Part shown: positions 49,563 to 59,310 of the stretch, piece by piece | How the letters are laid out: each line of letters starts with the position of its first letter | Position numbering within the stretch: position 1 is the first letter of the stretch | Assembly: GCA_016938735.1 (NCBI GenBank) | Contig: JAFGUB010000015.1 | Span: 4,806 to 68,805, forward strand | Source of the DNA: Campylobacterales bacterium | GTDB taxonomy: Bacteria > Campylobacterota > Campylobacteria > Campylobacterales > Sulfurimonadaceae | Length of the DNA: 64,000 nt | Direction of reading: 5' to 3' | The notes under the pieces: generated by a model | The model's database searches: none | Told to the model about the DNA's origin: nothing | The model's input: the letters and a program-made list of their open reading frames with translations, nothing else | Program-made: the position numbers and the translations under genes

Positions 49563-51040
49563 TCTATGAGCTCTTTTTGATTTTGCCGATGATGCTGATC
49601 GTTCTAGGAGCGCTGATGCTCATGCTGCTCAGCCACCGCGAAGCACCGCTAAACCGCAACATGCTGAGCGTGCTGATCCTTGCACTTGCGTTTGGCCTCA
49701 CCCTCTCGCGTCTGGGCGAAGCGCACAGCGTTTTTGTCTTTGAGGCCATCTTTGGGCGCAGTTTCATCGTCGATAGCTTCTCTACCCTCTTTGATCTGAT
49801 GATACTCGGCGGCGCAATGCTCACCCTGCTCATCAACCACGACTACTTCAAAAGCCGCCACTACTTTGATGGCGACTTCTTCGCGCTGGTGCTCTTTGCG
49901 GTGTTCGGGATGATGGCGCTCTCTCACGCGCATGAGCTGATCAGCGCCTTTATCTCGCTGGAGATCGCCAGCCTCAGCATCTACGCGCTGGTAGGCTACA
50001 ACAGTGACAACCCAAAAAGCCGCGAAGCGATGATGAAATATGTGGTGCTCGGCTCGCTCGCGGGGGCTTTGTTTATGCTGGGCCTGGCGCTGATCTACGG
50101 CGCGACGGGTTCTACTGAATTGGGAGCGATTGCCGCACACATCGCTGCGCACCCCCAAGACGCACACACGATGCTCATCATCGGCGGCTTTTTCGTGATG
50201 GTGACACTTTTCTTTAAGATCGGCGCCGTCCCTTTTCACGCTTGGGTCGTCGATGTCTACCACGGTGCACCGCTGCCGGTGACCATGCTGATGGCCTCAA
50301 CGTTTAAAATCGCCCTCTTTGCCGTGATCTTGCGGATCTACCTAGGCGACTTCGCCGCGCTGGGCGATTTTTGGTCACTGCCGCTGCAGATACTGTGTGT
50401 GCTTACCCTGATTGGCGGCTCATTTTTGGCCCTCTCCCAATCCAACATCAAGCGGATGCTCGCCGGCTCTTCGGTGGTGCATGCGGGTTATATGCTCATC
50501 GCCCTCAATGCGATCACGCTGGGAAATTTTAATGCCTCTGAGTCCATTCTTTTTTATCTTATGAGCTACTTTATCAGCTCCGTTGGGGCCTTCGGGATAC
50601 TAAGCTTTTTGGCCGCACACGAGCACAAACAGCTCACATTTGAAGACTTCAAAGGCTTTGGCTACAGCCACCCCTATCTTGCGGCGATGATGAGCATCTT
50701 CATGCTCTCGCTGGCGGGCTTTCCCTCGACCATCGGCTTTTTGGGCAAATTCTATATCTTCACCGGAGCCATCGAAGCGGGGCAGATCGCTTTGGCCGCA
50801 CTTGGGATCTTTGTCGCGTTTGTGTCGATCTTTTATTACTTCAGACTGATTGCGACGATGTACTTTTACGACACCCCAAAAACAGAGCAACACTTTGGTT
50901 TTGATACGACAACGGTATTGATTTTATTGATGGCGATTTTAAGTATTTGGGGCGGAATCGGTACGGCGCTGCTGCCCTACCTGCCGACGCCAGACGCGCT
51001 GATCGAGCTCTCCCGCCACGCGATTACCAGCCTCGATTAG
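49559..51040 (+). CDS. nuoN: NADH-quinone oxidoreductase subunit N
   Basis: 493 aa from a GTG overlapping the nuoM stop. It is an antiporter-like subunit and the last gene of the cluster. Confidence 0.9.
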   Translation: MIYELFLILPMMLIVLGALMLMLLSHREAPLNRNMLSVLILALAFGLTLSRLGEAHSVFVFEAIFGRSFIVDSFSTLFDLMILGGAMLTLLINHDYFKSRHYFDGDFFALVLFAVFGMMALSHAHELISAFISLEIASLSIYALVGYNSDNPKSREAMMKYVVLGSLAGALFMLGLALIYGATGSTELGAIAAHIAAHPQDAHTMLIIGGFFVMVTLFFKIGAVPFHAWVVDVYHGAPLPVTMLMASTFKIALFAVILRIYLGDFAALGDFWSLPLQILCVLTLIGGSFLALSQSNIKRMLAGSSVVHAGYMLIALNAITLGNFNASESILFYLMSYFISSVGAFGILSFLAAHEHKQLTFEDFKGFGYSHPYLAAMMSIFMLSLAGFPSTIGFLGKFYIFTGAIEAGQIALAALGIFVAFVSIFYYFRLIATMYFYDTPKTEQHFGFDTTTVLILLMAILSIWGGIGTALLPYLPTPDALIELSRHAITSLD

Positions 51041-51456
51041 AGGCGGCGGTCCAGCACTGTTTCGTCCTGGATACGCGCATCGGGAGTGGCTTTGGCGACG
51101 TCAAGAATCTGAGAAAGCCGCCCTAAAACGATCTGCACGGAGTTGGAAGGGTCAAAAAGATCAATCGCGATAGCGCTGCTGCGGTCGTTGAAGTAGTTGT
51201 CAAGGTTGAGCAATAAATTTTGCGACGCTTTGTAGGCATTGGCGGCATTGGTGTGGGCAAACACGATAAAGTAGTGGTGCGCATCATAGCGCACAAACTG
51301 ATCAGAAAGGCGTAAATAGCGCGCCAGCGTCTCGACACCGAGTGCTCCATGATGATACAGCAGTGCAAAAGCGGTCTCTACCTTGTACCGCTGATAGGTG
51401 TAATAACTTCGGTTAATCTGCACCCGAATCCGGTTGGGAATCTAATCATCCATCAT
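51037..51456 (-). pseudogene. Hypothetical protein gene with TAG at codon 5 after a strong SD-ATG
   Basis: AAGGAGGTG (51460-51468, minus strand) is followed 3 nt later by ATGATGGATGAT, then TAG (51442-51444). The same frame continues as IPNRIRVQINRSYY... (track ORF 51037..51423, GTG start without RBS). Confidence 0.45.
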
Positions 51457-51509
51457 GCGCACCTCCTTCTTATTGCGGGGATAATACCACAGTTCCCCGC
51501 GATTCTCAT

Positions 51510-52787
51510 TCATTGCGCCCAAAAATGGTAATTCATCACCATGCGTGCATGGTACGACGCCGCATCTTCCGCCGCGTCCTCCACACGGGCCGCTACGGCC
51601 ATCACGTCCCACGCCTCTTGATGCCCAAGGCTCACCATCAGATCGATCTCATCAATCTGCGCCTTTGTAGCGACGCCCGCAAAGCGCCCGTAACCAAGCA
51701 GCGCCTCGGCACTCCAGCCTTGAGCGAGCTCGGATGCCCAAACCACTGCGGTGTTGTAAGCAAGCGCTTCGCCTTCAACAGCGTCGATCGCCACCACCTC
51801 CATACTGGTCAGATAGGGACTACCGCCGATATACCCAAACGCCCCATGCTCAAAGGAGCGGTTCAACGCCGCATGAACGCTCAGCGCCGCACCTAAACCC
51901 ATGCGCAGCGCACCGCCGACGACCGAACCCTCCTGAGCGTGCGCAAGCGCTTTGCCGCTTGAACCGAAGGTGCTTGCCTGGATCGCCACAGAGCCTTCCA
52001 AGCCCGCCACATCGAAGCGCGCTTTGTGCTCCGCATAGAGCAGATCGGCAATATCCACAAAGCGGTACGCCCACAAAGAACTCATAGACTCCTCATGCAC
52101 TCCGTAGCGCACCCCCGCATAGAGCGCACCGCCCCTATCGCCGGAAGCTGCGAAGGTCTCGGCAACGGGTATAAAACGCTGCGTAGCGACACCGTTGCCC
52201 GATCCGGCCGAATCATGCACATACCCGGCGCGCCACCGCCACTGCTCGCCGGTGTGCGCCCACAGACTCACCGCGCTAAAGGCGTTGGGCATCATCACCC
52301 AGTCATCGCTGTCGATAAAGGGGGTATCGAAGGTTTGCCGCCCGATCAGCACCCTAAAGCCATCATGCCTATACCCCAGCGCCGCTTCACTGAGCTGCAC
52401 ATAAGCCTGACGATCAGGCTCCATCAGATAACTCATCGCCTCCTCGATCGGATCGCTTGACGCCATCGCATAGAGGATCGCCGATAGCTCGAATCCGCGG
52501 TAATTTTCGGTAATCAGATGCAGATGTCCGCCCGCCATCGCCACCGTTTGGCGCTTGCATGCCGAAGGCTCTTCCAAAAAAAGGCCGCCGCGCAGCGCCG
52601 AAGCGGAGTGCAGCCACGGCCTTTGCGCCGTCATCTCTTCGTGTACGCCCTGAACTTTGAACAGCGTCTCTTCGCCGCACGCCGATTGCCATAGAAGCAT
52701 TAGCGCCACGGCACCATACGCAAAAGCGTCAAAACGCAAACGCACCAACTCCAATACACTTGCGTTTACTTGTAAGGAGTGATTCAT
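51510..52787 (-). CDS. Hypothetical protein, possibly an outer-membrane beta-barrel/porin-like protein
   Basis: 425-aa ORF rich in alternating G/A/Y/S segments. The start codon is uncertain and no family is recognised with confidence. Confidence 0.35.
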   Translation of the reverse strand: MNHSLQVNASVLELVRLRFDAFAYGAVALMLLWQSACGEETLFKVQGVHEEMTAQRPWLHSASALRGGLFLEEPSACKRQTVAMAGGHLHLITENYRGFELSAILYAMASSDPIEEAMSYLMEPDRQAYVQLSEAALGYRHDGFRVLIGRQTFDTPFIDSDDWVMMPNAFSAVSLWAHTGEQWRWRAGYVHDSAGSGNGVATQRFIPVAETFAASGDRGGALYAGVRYGVHEESMSSLWAYRFVDIADLLYAEHKARFDVAGLEGSVAIQASTFGSSGKALAHAQEGSVVGGALRMGLGAALSVHAALNRSFEHGAFGYIGGSPYLTSMEVVAIDAVEGEALAYNTAVVWASELAQGWSAEALLGYGRFAGVATKAQIDEIDLMVSLGHQEAWDVMAVAARVEDAAEDAASYHARMVMNYHFWAQ

Positions 52788-52952
52788 GCTGTACCTTGGT
52801 GGAAAAATTCATACGGATATTGTAGGTAGCTGCCGCTGAAATCCAAGATACACTTAACCTATACGACGATGATCTCCAAAAAAAAGTATGACAGGGATAA
52901 GCTGCATCCGCAACACACACCCTGTTGATCGACTCTTTTTTACATCCTATTG

Positions 52953-54917
52953 TCAATAGCTCACCTTCAAACGTCCATCTTTGGCTGCTCCACTTGAAGC
53001 CCCCACCACTCCTTTGTCGCGAATAAAAGCAATAATCTCATTGCGATAGACTAAGTAGGTGTCGTGCATCTCTATTTGCGTCAGATCATATCCGGTCGGC
53101 CCACTTGGGTGGGCGGCACCTATTTTGGTACCGTTCCAATACTCAAATCCACCGCCGATATAGTTGCTAAAGGAGACGGTAAAAATCTGATTGAGCTGTT
53201 CATCGATGGGTTTCCCATGTAGCGTGATATTAATTGCATCAATGTCGTTGCGGCTGCTGCCCTTGATCTCGTAACGAAGTGCGCTCGAAAAGTGCAAAAA
53301 GCCCCAAGAGATAAATCCTGCCGTGTCGAAAGGTTGTCCCTCGGACGTTCTATCATCAGGCAACAAAACACGCTGAGCATTGCTGCGCACCATCGCTTTG
53401 ATTTGCGCGCCGCTCATCTGGGCAAGCTGAATCGAGTCGGCATAGGGCATAACACCATACCAATCTTGAAACGTGAGTTCTGAGGCTTCCGGCACCCCCG
53501 CAGAGAGACCCGAAGCGTTGAATACGGCAAAATCAATCATCTTTCCTTCGCTCCCAGGGAAGAGATGACTGCGCGCCACTACTGCATCATTCATAAAGTT
53601 GGCGATCGCACACTCTCCTACATAACGATCAGCAATCGTTTGCTCCGTACTGATAGCTTGATCATAAACAACCGAAGCGAGTCTCTCCGCTAGCTTGACG
53701 CTCAGCATCGCCATAATCGGATCGGTTACATTAATTTTGAAATCCATATCAATATCCGCATCGGTTTCATGCACCAAAGGATCATGTTTGCCGGCACGCT
53801 CTTCACGTGTTTTGATCGTGTAGAGTTTGGCATTGCCGAGCTCTAGGGTAGATGCATTGGCAGTGATTCTGAGGTTCGCCTCGATTTCACCGAGATATTT
53901 GCCGTTGGCACCGGCTTGAGCGATCAAAATCCCATTGACAATATTGTTCGCATCAATACCCGACGCATGGAGCACAGAGTGGGTATGGCCTCCAATGATG
54001 ATTACGGGTTTATCGCAAATCTCCGCAATACGTTGTGCCATATCGATATCGGCTGTTTCACTATCATGGCGAATCTGTCCGGTATCTCCGCCAAACCCTA
54101 CGTGAGAGAGAAGCAAAACCACATCGCTGTACTTGGCAACCACCGGTAGAATATTTTCAAGCGCATCCAGAGGATGGGTCACGATGCGGTCTGGGTCCTC
54201 TTCAGTCTTTTGTTTGGTCTCTGTATGCGTGGTGAGTCCGATCATACCGATGCGCACGCCTTTGGCCACACAGACGGCAGCCGGAACAACATGCGTGTAG
54301 TCAAGATAGCGTGAACCGCTGAGATTGGCTGAAAGCATCACCATATCAGAGTCGTTTGTGATCGATCGCGCCAAAAGCGCGGCACCTTTGTCAAGCTCAT
54401 GGTTGCCGATCGCGGCAGCGCAAAGCCCGAGCTTTGAATACATATGATAGGCCGAATCGATACGAAACGACTCCTCATCCCAGCCGCGCAACTCATCTAG
54501 AACATTACCTGTATGATCATCTCCGGCAGAGACAAACAGAACAATCTCATCCGATGCGGCGGATGCGTGTGCTTCACGATAGATCTTGGCCATCTGCGCC
54601 AAGCGGTTGGTATCCCCCTTGGAAGCGTGAGGGTCTACCATATGGTTGTGCATATCATTCAGGTGGAAAATACGCAGTTTTTTGGTGCCGTTGCTTAATG
54701 GGGCTTCGATCACTTTGCTGCCCTCAAAAGAGGCTTTGGTATATTTGTATTTTGACGGATTTCCTTCAAAACGGTACAAAGACTCTAAGGTGCTGGTGCT
54801 GTTTGGTGTCCCTTCGCGCACCGTAATCGCCCTTGACTCATCAGTGTCACCACAGCCTCCCGCCAACAAAACTACCGATGTGGCCATCGATAGTTTGATA
54901 AACTCTCTACGCTCCAT
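52953..54917 (-). CDS. Tat-exported bifunctional metallophosphatase / 5'-nucleotidase (UshA/SoxB superfamily)
   Basis: The start is taken at MERREFIKLSMATSVVLLAGGCG (twin-Arg signal plus lipobox). Metallophosphatase blocks are HLNDMHNH, GDDHTGN, GNHELD and GGHTHS. A C-terminal 5'-nucleotidase domain follows. Confidence 0.8.
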   Translation of the reverse strand: MERREFIKLSMATSVVLLAGGCGDTDESRAITVREGTPNSTSTLESLYRFEGNPSKYKYTKASFEGSKVIEAPLSNGTKKLRIFHLNDMHNHMVDPHASKGDTNRLAQMAKIYREAHASAASDEIVLFVSAGDDHTGNVLDELRGWDEESFRIDSAYHMYSKLGLCAAAIGNHELDKGAALLARSITNDSDMVMLSANLSGSRYLDYTHVVPAAVCVAKGVRIGMIGLTTHTETKQKTEEDPDRIVTHPLDALENILPVVAKYSDVVLLLSHVGFGGDTGQIRHDSETADIDMAQRIAEICDKPVIIIGGHTHSVLHASGIDANNIVNGILIAQAGANGKYLGEIEANLRITANASTLELGNAKLYTIKTREERAGKHDPLVHETDADIDMDFKINVTDPIMAMLSVKLAERLASVVYDQAISTEQTIADRYVGECAIANFMNDAVVARSHLFPGSEGKMIDFAVFNASGLSAGVPEASELTFQDWYGVMPYADSIQLAQMSGAQIKAMVRSNAQRVLLPDDRTSEGQPFDTAGFISWGFLHFSSALRYEIKGSSRNDIDAINITLHGKPIDEQLNQIFTVSFSNYIGGGFEYWNGTKIGAAHPSGPTGYDLTQIEMHDTYLVYRNEIIAFIRDKGVVGASSGAAKDGRLKVSY

Positions 54918-55014
54918 AACATGCCTCCTGAAAACAAAATGTGCAACCGTAGCATCCGCAAAGACTCTTTTTGGTCGCTTTTTTTCGTAATCGTAAAAAG
55001 CGACCGAATAGAGC

Positions 55015-55057
55015 TTACATGTAACTATTTTTTGTCTAAACCGTAGACTACATGTAA
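55015..55057. repeat. TTACATGTAA plus one-off copy CTACATGTAA, 33 bp apart, in a divergent intergenic region
   Basis: The exact copy is at 55015-55024 and the variant at 55048-55057. They lie between the 5'-nucleotidase start (54917) and the regulator start (55086). Confidence 0.95.
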
Positions 55058-55085
55058 CCTTGGGATGTGCTACAATCGCCCCATC

Positions 55086-55775
55086 ATGGAACATCGACAC
55101 CACACCATACTTAACCAAAGTCGAGTACTACTGGCAGAAGACAATTTAGAGGTAAGAGTTAAATTCGCCAAAATGCTCAGCCTCTTTTTTTGTGAAGTTA
55201 TAGAGGCAGCCAACGGTCGTGAAGCACTCGAATATTTTCATAGCAAAAAACCCGATGTCGTCATCACCGATGTGCGTATGCCGGAGACGGATGGCATCAC
55301 TTTGGTCCAAACGATTCGCAAAACTGACCGTGAAATCCCCATCATCATTACCAGCGCTTATAGTGACAAGGAGTATCTGCTTGAATCGACTCCCCTTTTA
55401 TTGGTCAACTATTTAATCAAGCCGATTCAGCATGCGCAGCTTCTTAGCTCACTAGAACAGTGTTCCGAACTGCTGCAGCAACGTAGACCGCTAGAGCCGA
55501 TTAGACTCACACCGCCATACATTTATGATGGTCTCAATAAGCGCATCTACCGCGCCGAACAAGAAATCAAGCTAACCCGAAAAGAGATTGCACTGATAGA
55601 GCTGCTCATCGAACATCGAGGTCGATTGCTCCATAAAGAGACGATCGAGAAACATCTCTATTCCAATGGAGAGGTACCCGCATCGGCAATCAAAAATATC
55701 ATGTTCAAACTGCGCCAAAAAATTGGAAACGAACTCATCGAAACCATTGATCAGCTTGGCTACACCATCGCATAA
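55086..55775 (+). CDS. Response regulator, OmpR/PhoB-type (paralog of 3503..4204)
   Basis: From MEHRHHTILNQSRVLLAEDN, with VVITDVRMP (acceptor Asp) and a C-terminal LTRKEIALIELL...QLGYTI winged helix. Confidence 0.85.
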   Translation: MEHRHHTILNQSRVLLAEDNLEVRVKFAKMLSLFFCEVIEAANGREALEYFHSKKPDVVITDVRMPETDGITLVQTIRKTDREIPIIITSAYSDKEYLLESTPLLLVNYLIKPIQHAQLLSSLEQCSELLQQRRPLEPIRLTPPYIYDGLNKRIYRAEQEIKLTRKEIALIELLIEHRGRLLHKETIEKHLYSNGEVPASAIKNIMFKLRQKIGNELIETIDQLGYTIA

Positions 55776-57664
55776 CGGGGTAAGTCAATCCTAAAACAGG
55801 CGCCGTTATCTACATTGTATGCCTCGATCTCCCCATGAAATTTTTCACGGATGATCAAACGGGACATATATAACCCCATCCCAGAAGAGCCTTTTTCTCC
55901 GCTGTATAATTCAAATATCTTCTCAATCGGTTCGATGGTAACTCCTCCGGCGTTATCACAAATCACAATGCGAACACACGATTCATAACTCTGAAGCACA
56001 ATGCGTAGTTGGGGCCCTGGGGTGTTGCGCATACGAAAGGCCTCTACACTGTTTTGAAAAATTGCCAATAAAACCTATGCGAAATAGTTACTCTGCCCAT
56101 GACAATGAATCGTCTCATCAAGCTCAAGCTTCAGCCCGACCTGTAGCAAATGACACGATGACTCAACCAACAACAACGCTCTTTTAATCGATTCGGCGGG
56201 TACGAACAGGTCACTTTTTCCCTCTTTGTAGAACTCCTCAAACGTCGTAATCGTCTGCGACATAAAAGCGACTAAGGCTTCATTGTTATTCAGCGTATCA
56301 CTCCACTGGCCCTGCTTAAGAACCTCCTTGAGGTACATCGTATTAAAATTCAGCTCACTGAGGGGTTGGCGCCATTGATGGGCGATCATACCGATCATCG
56401 CACCCATCTGTGCCATACGGCTCTGTTCAACGATCAGTTGGTGCTGTTGCTGATTCTGTTTTACCGCTTCATCAATGCGCAAAGCCAAATGCTGCTGATG
56501 TTCGGTCAAAGTGGCATTGGTCTCTTTGAGTTTATGCTCCATCGTGCGTTGACGATCAAGAAAATCATTGTAAATCCTAGCCAGTGCGCCAACTTCGTCG
56601 CGACTGCGCAACAGTCGAATATCATCAATCTTTTCGCCCTCTTGAATATGATAGAGCATCCTGCGAAAAGGACGGATAATCGTATACTCTAAAAGGATCA
56701 AAAAGAGCAGGAAAAAGAGAGAGCCAAATACCATCACATAAACAAAGTTTTCTCTAAGCTCTGCCAAAACCCTACTATAAAGGCGCGTATCAATACCGAT
56801 TTTAGCGATAATGGCCCAGCGATTGGGCTCTTCTTGAATGTAGGTGTAGAGCTCTGTCGTATGCTCATTTTGTATGAGATAGTCCTCCTTGTTTTGTGCG
56901 ACACGATGCACTCGCGACGCTTCTACATCATGAAAACGGCTCTGTTCTTGAAGATAGTACTGTTTGTTTGGTGCCGAGATATTGGGCATTTTATCGAGAC
57001 GCACCACATAGTTTTAAAAATCCGCGAAAACATCTACAGACTCTATCGGCGAATCAGTATAAGTGACGTGAATGCACTGCTGTTTGAGTGCGCTGATCTT
57101 CTCATCAAAAAAACCAAGCTCCAAAACACTCCCCGTTTTGGTATCTAGCACCCCATAACTATAGATGCGGTACTCCTTGGTCATCAAGTCAATCGATGGC
57201 ATACTCAAAACAATCATCTGATTGAGGCGTACCGATTCAATATCGCGCTTCGCTCCCGCAAGAGCATTCATATCTAATCCCATATCGAGCTGATAGGTGG
57301 TAGCTTCAACGCGATTGTCAGCATTGATCACAAAAAGATGCAGCTTGGTGTGGTTTGGAAGTTTTTGCTGAAGCCTAGTTTGAACATCAAAAAGATTACT
57401 CTGGGCACCACTTGCAAGCATAGCGCTTGCCGCTTCATGCAGTGCTCGATACTGGGCCGCCTGCTCCTCGACAAGAATCTGAATCATAGACTCACAGTGG
57501 GCAAATGTCTCTTGAATCCTATTTGTTGCTTCGGTAATCGTGGCGTCTTTGAGTAGGTCATAATGCTGTTTTGTCTGAGCATAATGACGATAAAAAGCCA
57601 AAGCCACCAGCATCATAAATAAAAGCTGCATCCAAAGAAACTTGGCTTTAAGCGTCATACGCAC
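55760..57664 (-). pseudogene. Sensor histidine kinase (paralog of 4170..6077) broken by two in-frame stops
   Basis: Three collinear ORFs lie in one frame. They are the sensor part (57014..57664), the HAMP/H-box part with MIAHQWRQPL (56075..57007) and the HATPase part with DNAGGV, GMGLYMS (55760..56068). They are separated by TAA at 57014-57016 and TAG at 56075-56077. Confidence 0.8.
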
Positions 57665-57678
57665 ACCTACATCTTATC

Positions 57679-58020
57679 TCACTCCAAAATCTCCCCGTCC
57701 ACATAGACCCATGCCCCTTTATAGCGGCGAAAACGGGAGCGTTCGTGATGGCGCAGGGTCTTGCCCTCTTGCTCATAAAAAGCGATGAACTCCACTTTGC
57801 CGACCTTATCTCCCTCTTTGCCTTGCGATACACCCAGAATCTCTAGCTCGGTATAGCGCACCTCCTCAAGTGTCTGCGCGATCTCGCGCTCCAAATGCTT
57901 GCTGCGGGTGTCCGGGTCGTGCGTACGCGCCAGATAGTCGATATCGCCACGCACAAAAGCGTCAAAACGCGAACGCATCAGCTCCAGTGCGGTAGGGCTT
58001 ACATGTAAGGCTTGGTTCAT
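57679..58020 (-). CDS. YchJ-family (UPF0225, NTF2-like) protein
   Basis: From MNQALHVSPTALELMRSRFDAFVRGDIDYL, typical of YchJ-like proteins. Confidence 0.7.
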   Translation of the reverse strand: MNQALHVSPTALELMRSRFDAFVRGDIDYLARTHDPDTRSKHLEREIAQTLEEVRYTELEILGVSQGKEGDKVGKVEFIAFYEQEGKTLRHHERSRFRRYKGAWVYVDGEILE

Positions 58021-58098
58021 GGGGCACCTTGATCGAGAAATACGTGCGGACATTGTAGGCACCTGAGGCTGAAAACCCTTACATGTAAGCCCATCCTC

Positions 58099-58785
58099 CT
58101 ACAACCCCACCTCAAAAATCAGCAGATGCGCCTCTTCAAGTGCTTCTAGATTCACGGCTTCGCCCTCGATCTGCGCTTCATCGCCACTGCGCAGCGTGAT
58201 CTCACCCAAACGCACCGCGCCGCTTGCCACCAGCATCAGCCTACCCCATCATGCAGCAGGTGCCTCCAGTACGATGCGCTGCTTGGGCTCCAAGATCAGC
58301 GAATCGATAGAGGCGTCTTGATCGATGGCGATGCCGCCCTCGCCCACCAGCCGCACGCACGTTCCGCGCTGCTCAAACGCATCAAAACGGCGCTGCTCGT
58401 AAGCGGGAGAGAGCCCTTTGGTTTTGGGGGAAATCCAGATCTGAAAAAGGTGCAGCGGCGTTTCACCCGCGTTGCGCTCGGAGTGGACGATGCCGCTGCC
58501 CGCGCGCATGAACTGCACCTCGTCGCGCCCGATGATGCCGCGATGCCCCTGATCGTCGGCGTGCTCTAGCTGCCCTTCAATCACCACCGTGATGATCTCC
58601 ATATCGCGGTGCGGGTGCATTCCAAAACCGCCGCCTTGCGCGATGATGTCGTCGTTGATGACACGCAGCGGCCCATAGCCCATACGCGCCCTATCGACAT
58701 AACGGTCAAAACTAAACGAAAAGCGGCTCTGCAGCCAGCCGTGATCGGCGCTACCGCGCGCGCTATGGGGGTGAATACGGATCAT
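58099..58785 (-). pseudogene. Pirin-family (YhhW-like) protein with in-frame TGA at 58249-58251
   Basis: The 178-aa ORF has the pirin cupin block GFGMHPHRDMEIITVVIEG...HSE. The same frame continues after the TGA for 49 codons (WGRLMLVASGAVRLGEITLRSGD...LLIFEVGL) to TAG at 58099-58101. This gives the usual ~228-codon length. Confidence 0.8.
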
Positions 58786-58815
58786 GGATACTCCTTGGGC
58801 CTATCTCAGCGCATT

Positions 58816-59268
58816 ATGGCAAAAAGTGCCGGTAAAAGGTACAATGCCGCTTCAAAAAACAAAAAACGGGGGCACGACTCTTTGGCTATTTTTGCGTTGC
58901 AGTCGCCTGCGGGCGGCTTTTTGGATGAAGATTTGGCGCACTTCAACAAGGGTTTTGATGAGTGGTGCGCACGGTTTGATACCTTTGAAGACGCCCGCAT
59001 CATCGCCGACAGCCTCCCCAAACGCAGCGAAGTCGAGATCGTCGAGATCACCCCGCTGAGCTACCCCAAATACTTTTTTCACCAGCTCCAAGGCACCATC
59101 TACGCCACCAAGGCAATCGACGTCGGGGTGCTGTGCATCGTCGAGCCGGTGATGGGGGCGCACTTTCGACTGGCCGTGTGCAACCTCTCCACCAAGCAAG
59201 TCCACCTGCTGCCCACACGTTACAAAAGTGCGCTGAGCGTCGAGAGCGCTTTTGCCGTCTTTATGTAA
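58816..59268 (+). CDS. Hypothetical protein (150 aa)
   Basis: The internal start MAKSAGKRYNAASKNKK is used. The upstream part of track ORF 58609..59268 is antisense to the pirin gene. No family recognised. Confidence 0.4.
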   Translation: MAKSAGKRYNAASKNKKRGHDSLAIFALQSPAGGFLDEDLAHFNKGFDEWCARFDTFEDARIIADSLPKRSEVEIVEITPLSYPKYFFHQLQGTIYATKAIDVGVLCIVEPVMGAHFRLAVCNLSTKQVHLLPTRYKSALSVESAFAVFM

Positions 59269-59287
59269 GCGCTAGAGCGCCTCGATA
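59269..59287. repeat. 19-bp direct repeat GCGCTAGAGCGCCTCGATA (copy 1; copy 2 at 63695-63713)
   Basis: The 19-mers match exactly. Copy 2 is the 3' end (stop plus last codons, ...YIEAL*) of the NadC/ModD-family gene, and copy 1 is an orphan. Confidence 0.85.
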
Positions 59288-59310
59288 AGCACCTTGTTAC
59301 ATGTAATCTT

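Noticed and set aside
54918-55118. N-terminal extension of the 5'-nucleotidase ORF to 55118
   Set aside because: The twin-arginine signal peptide begins at the internal ATG at 54917. The extension crosses the divergent promoter region and the regulator start.
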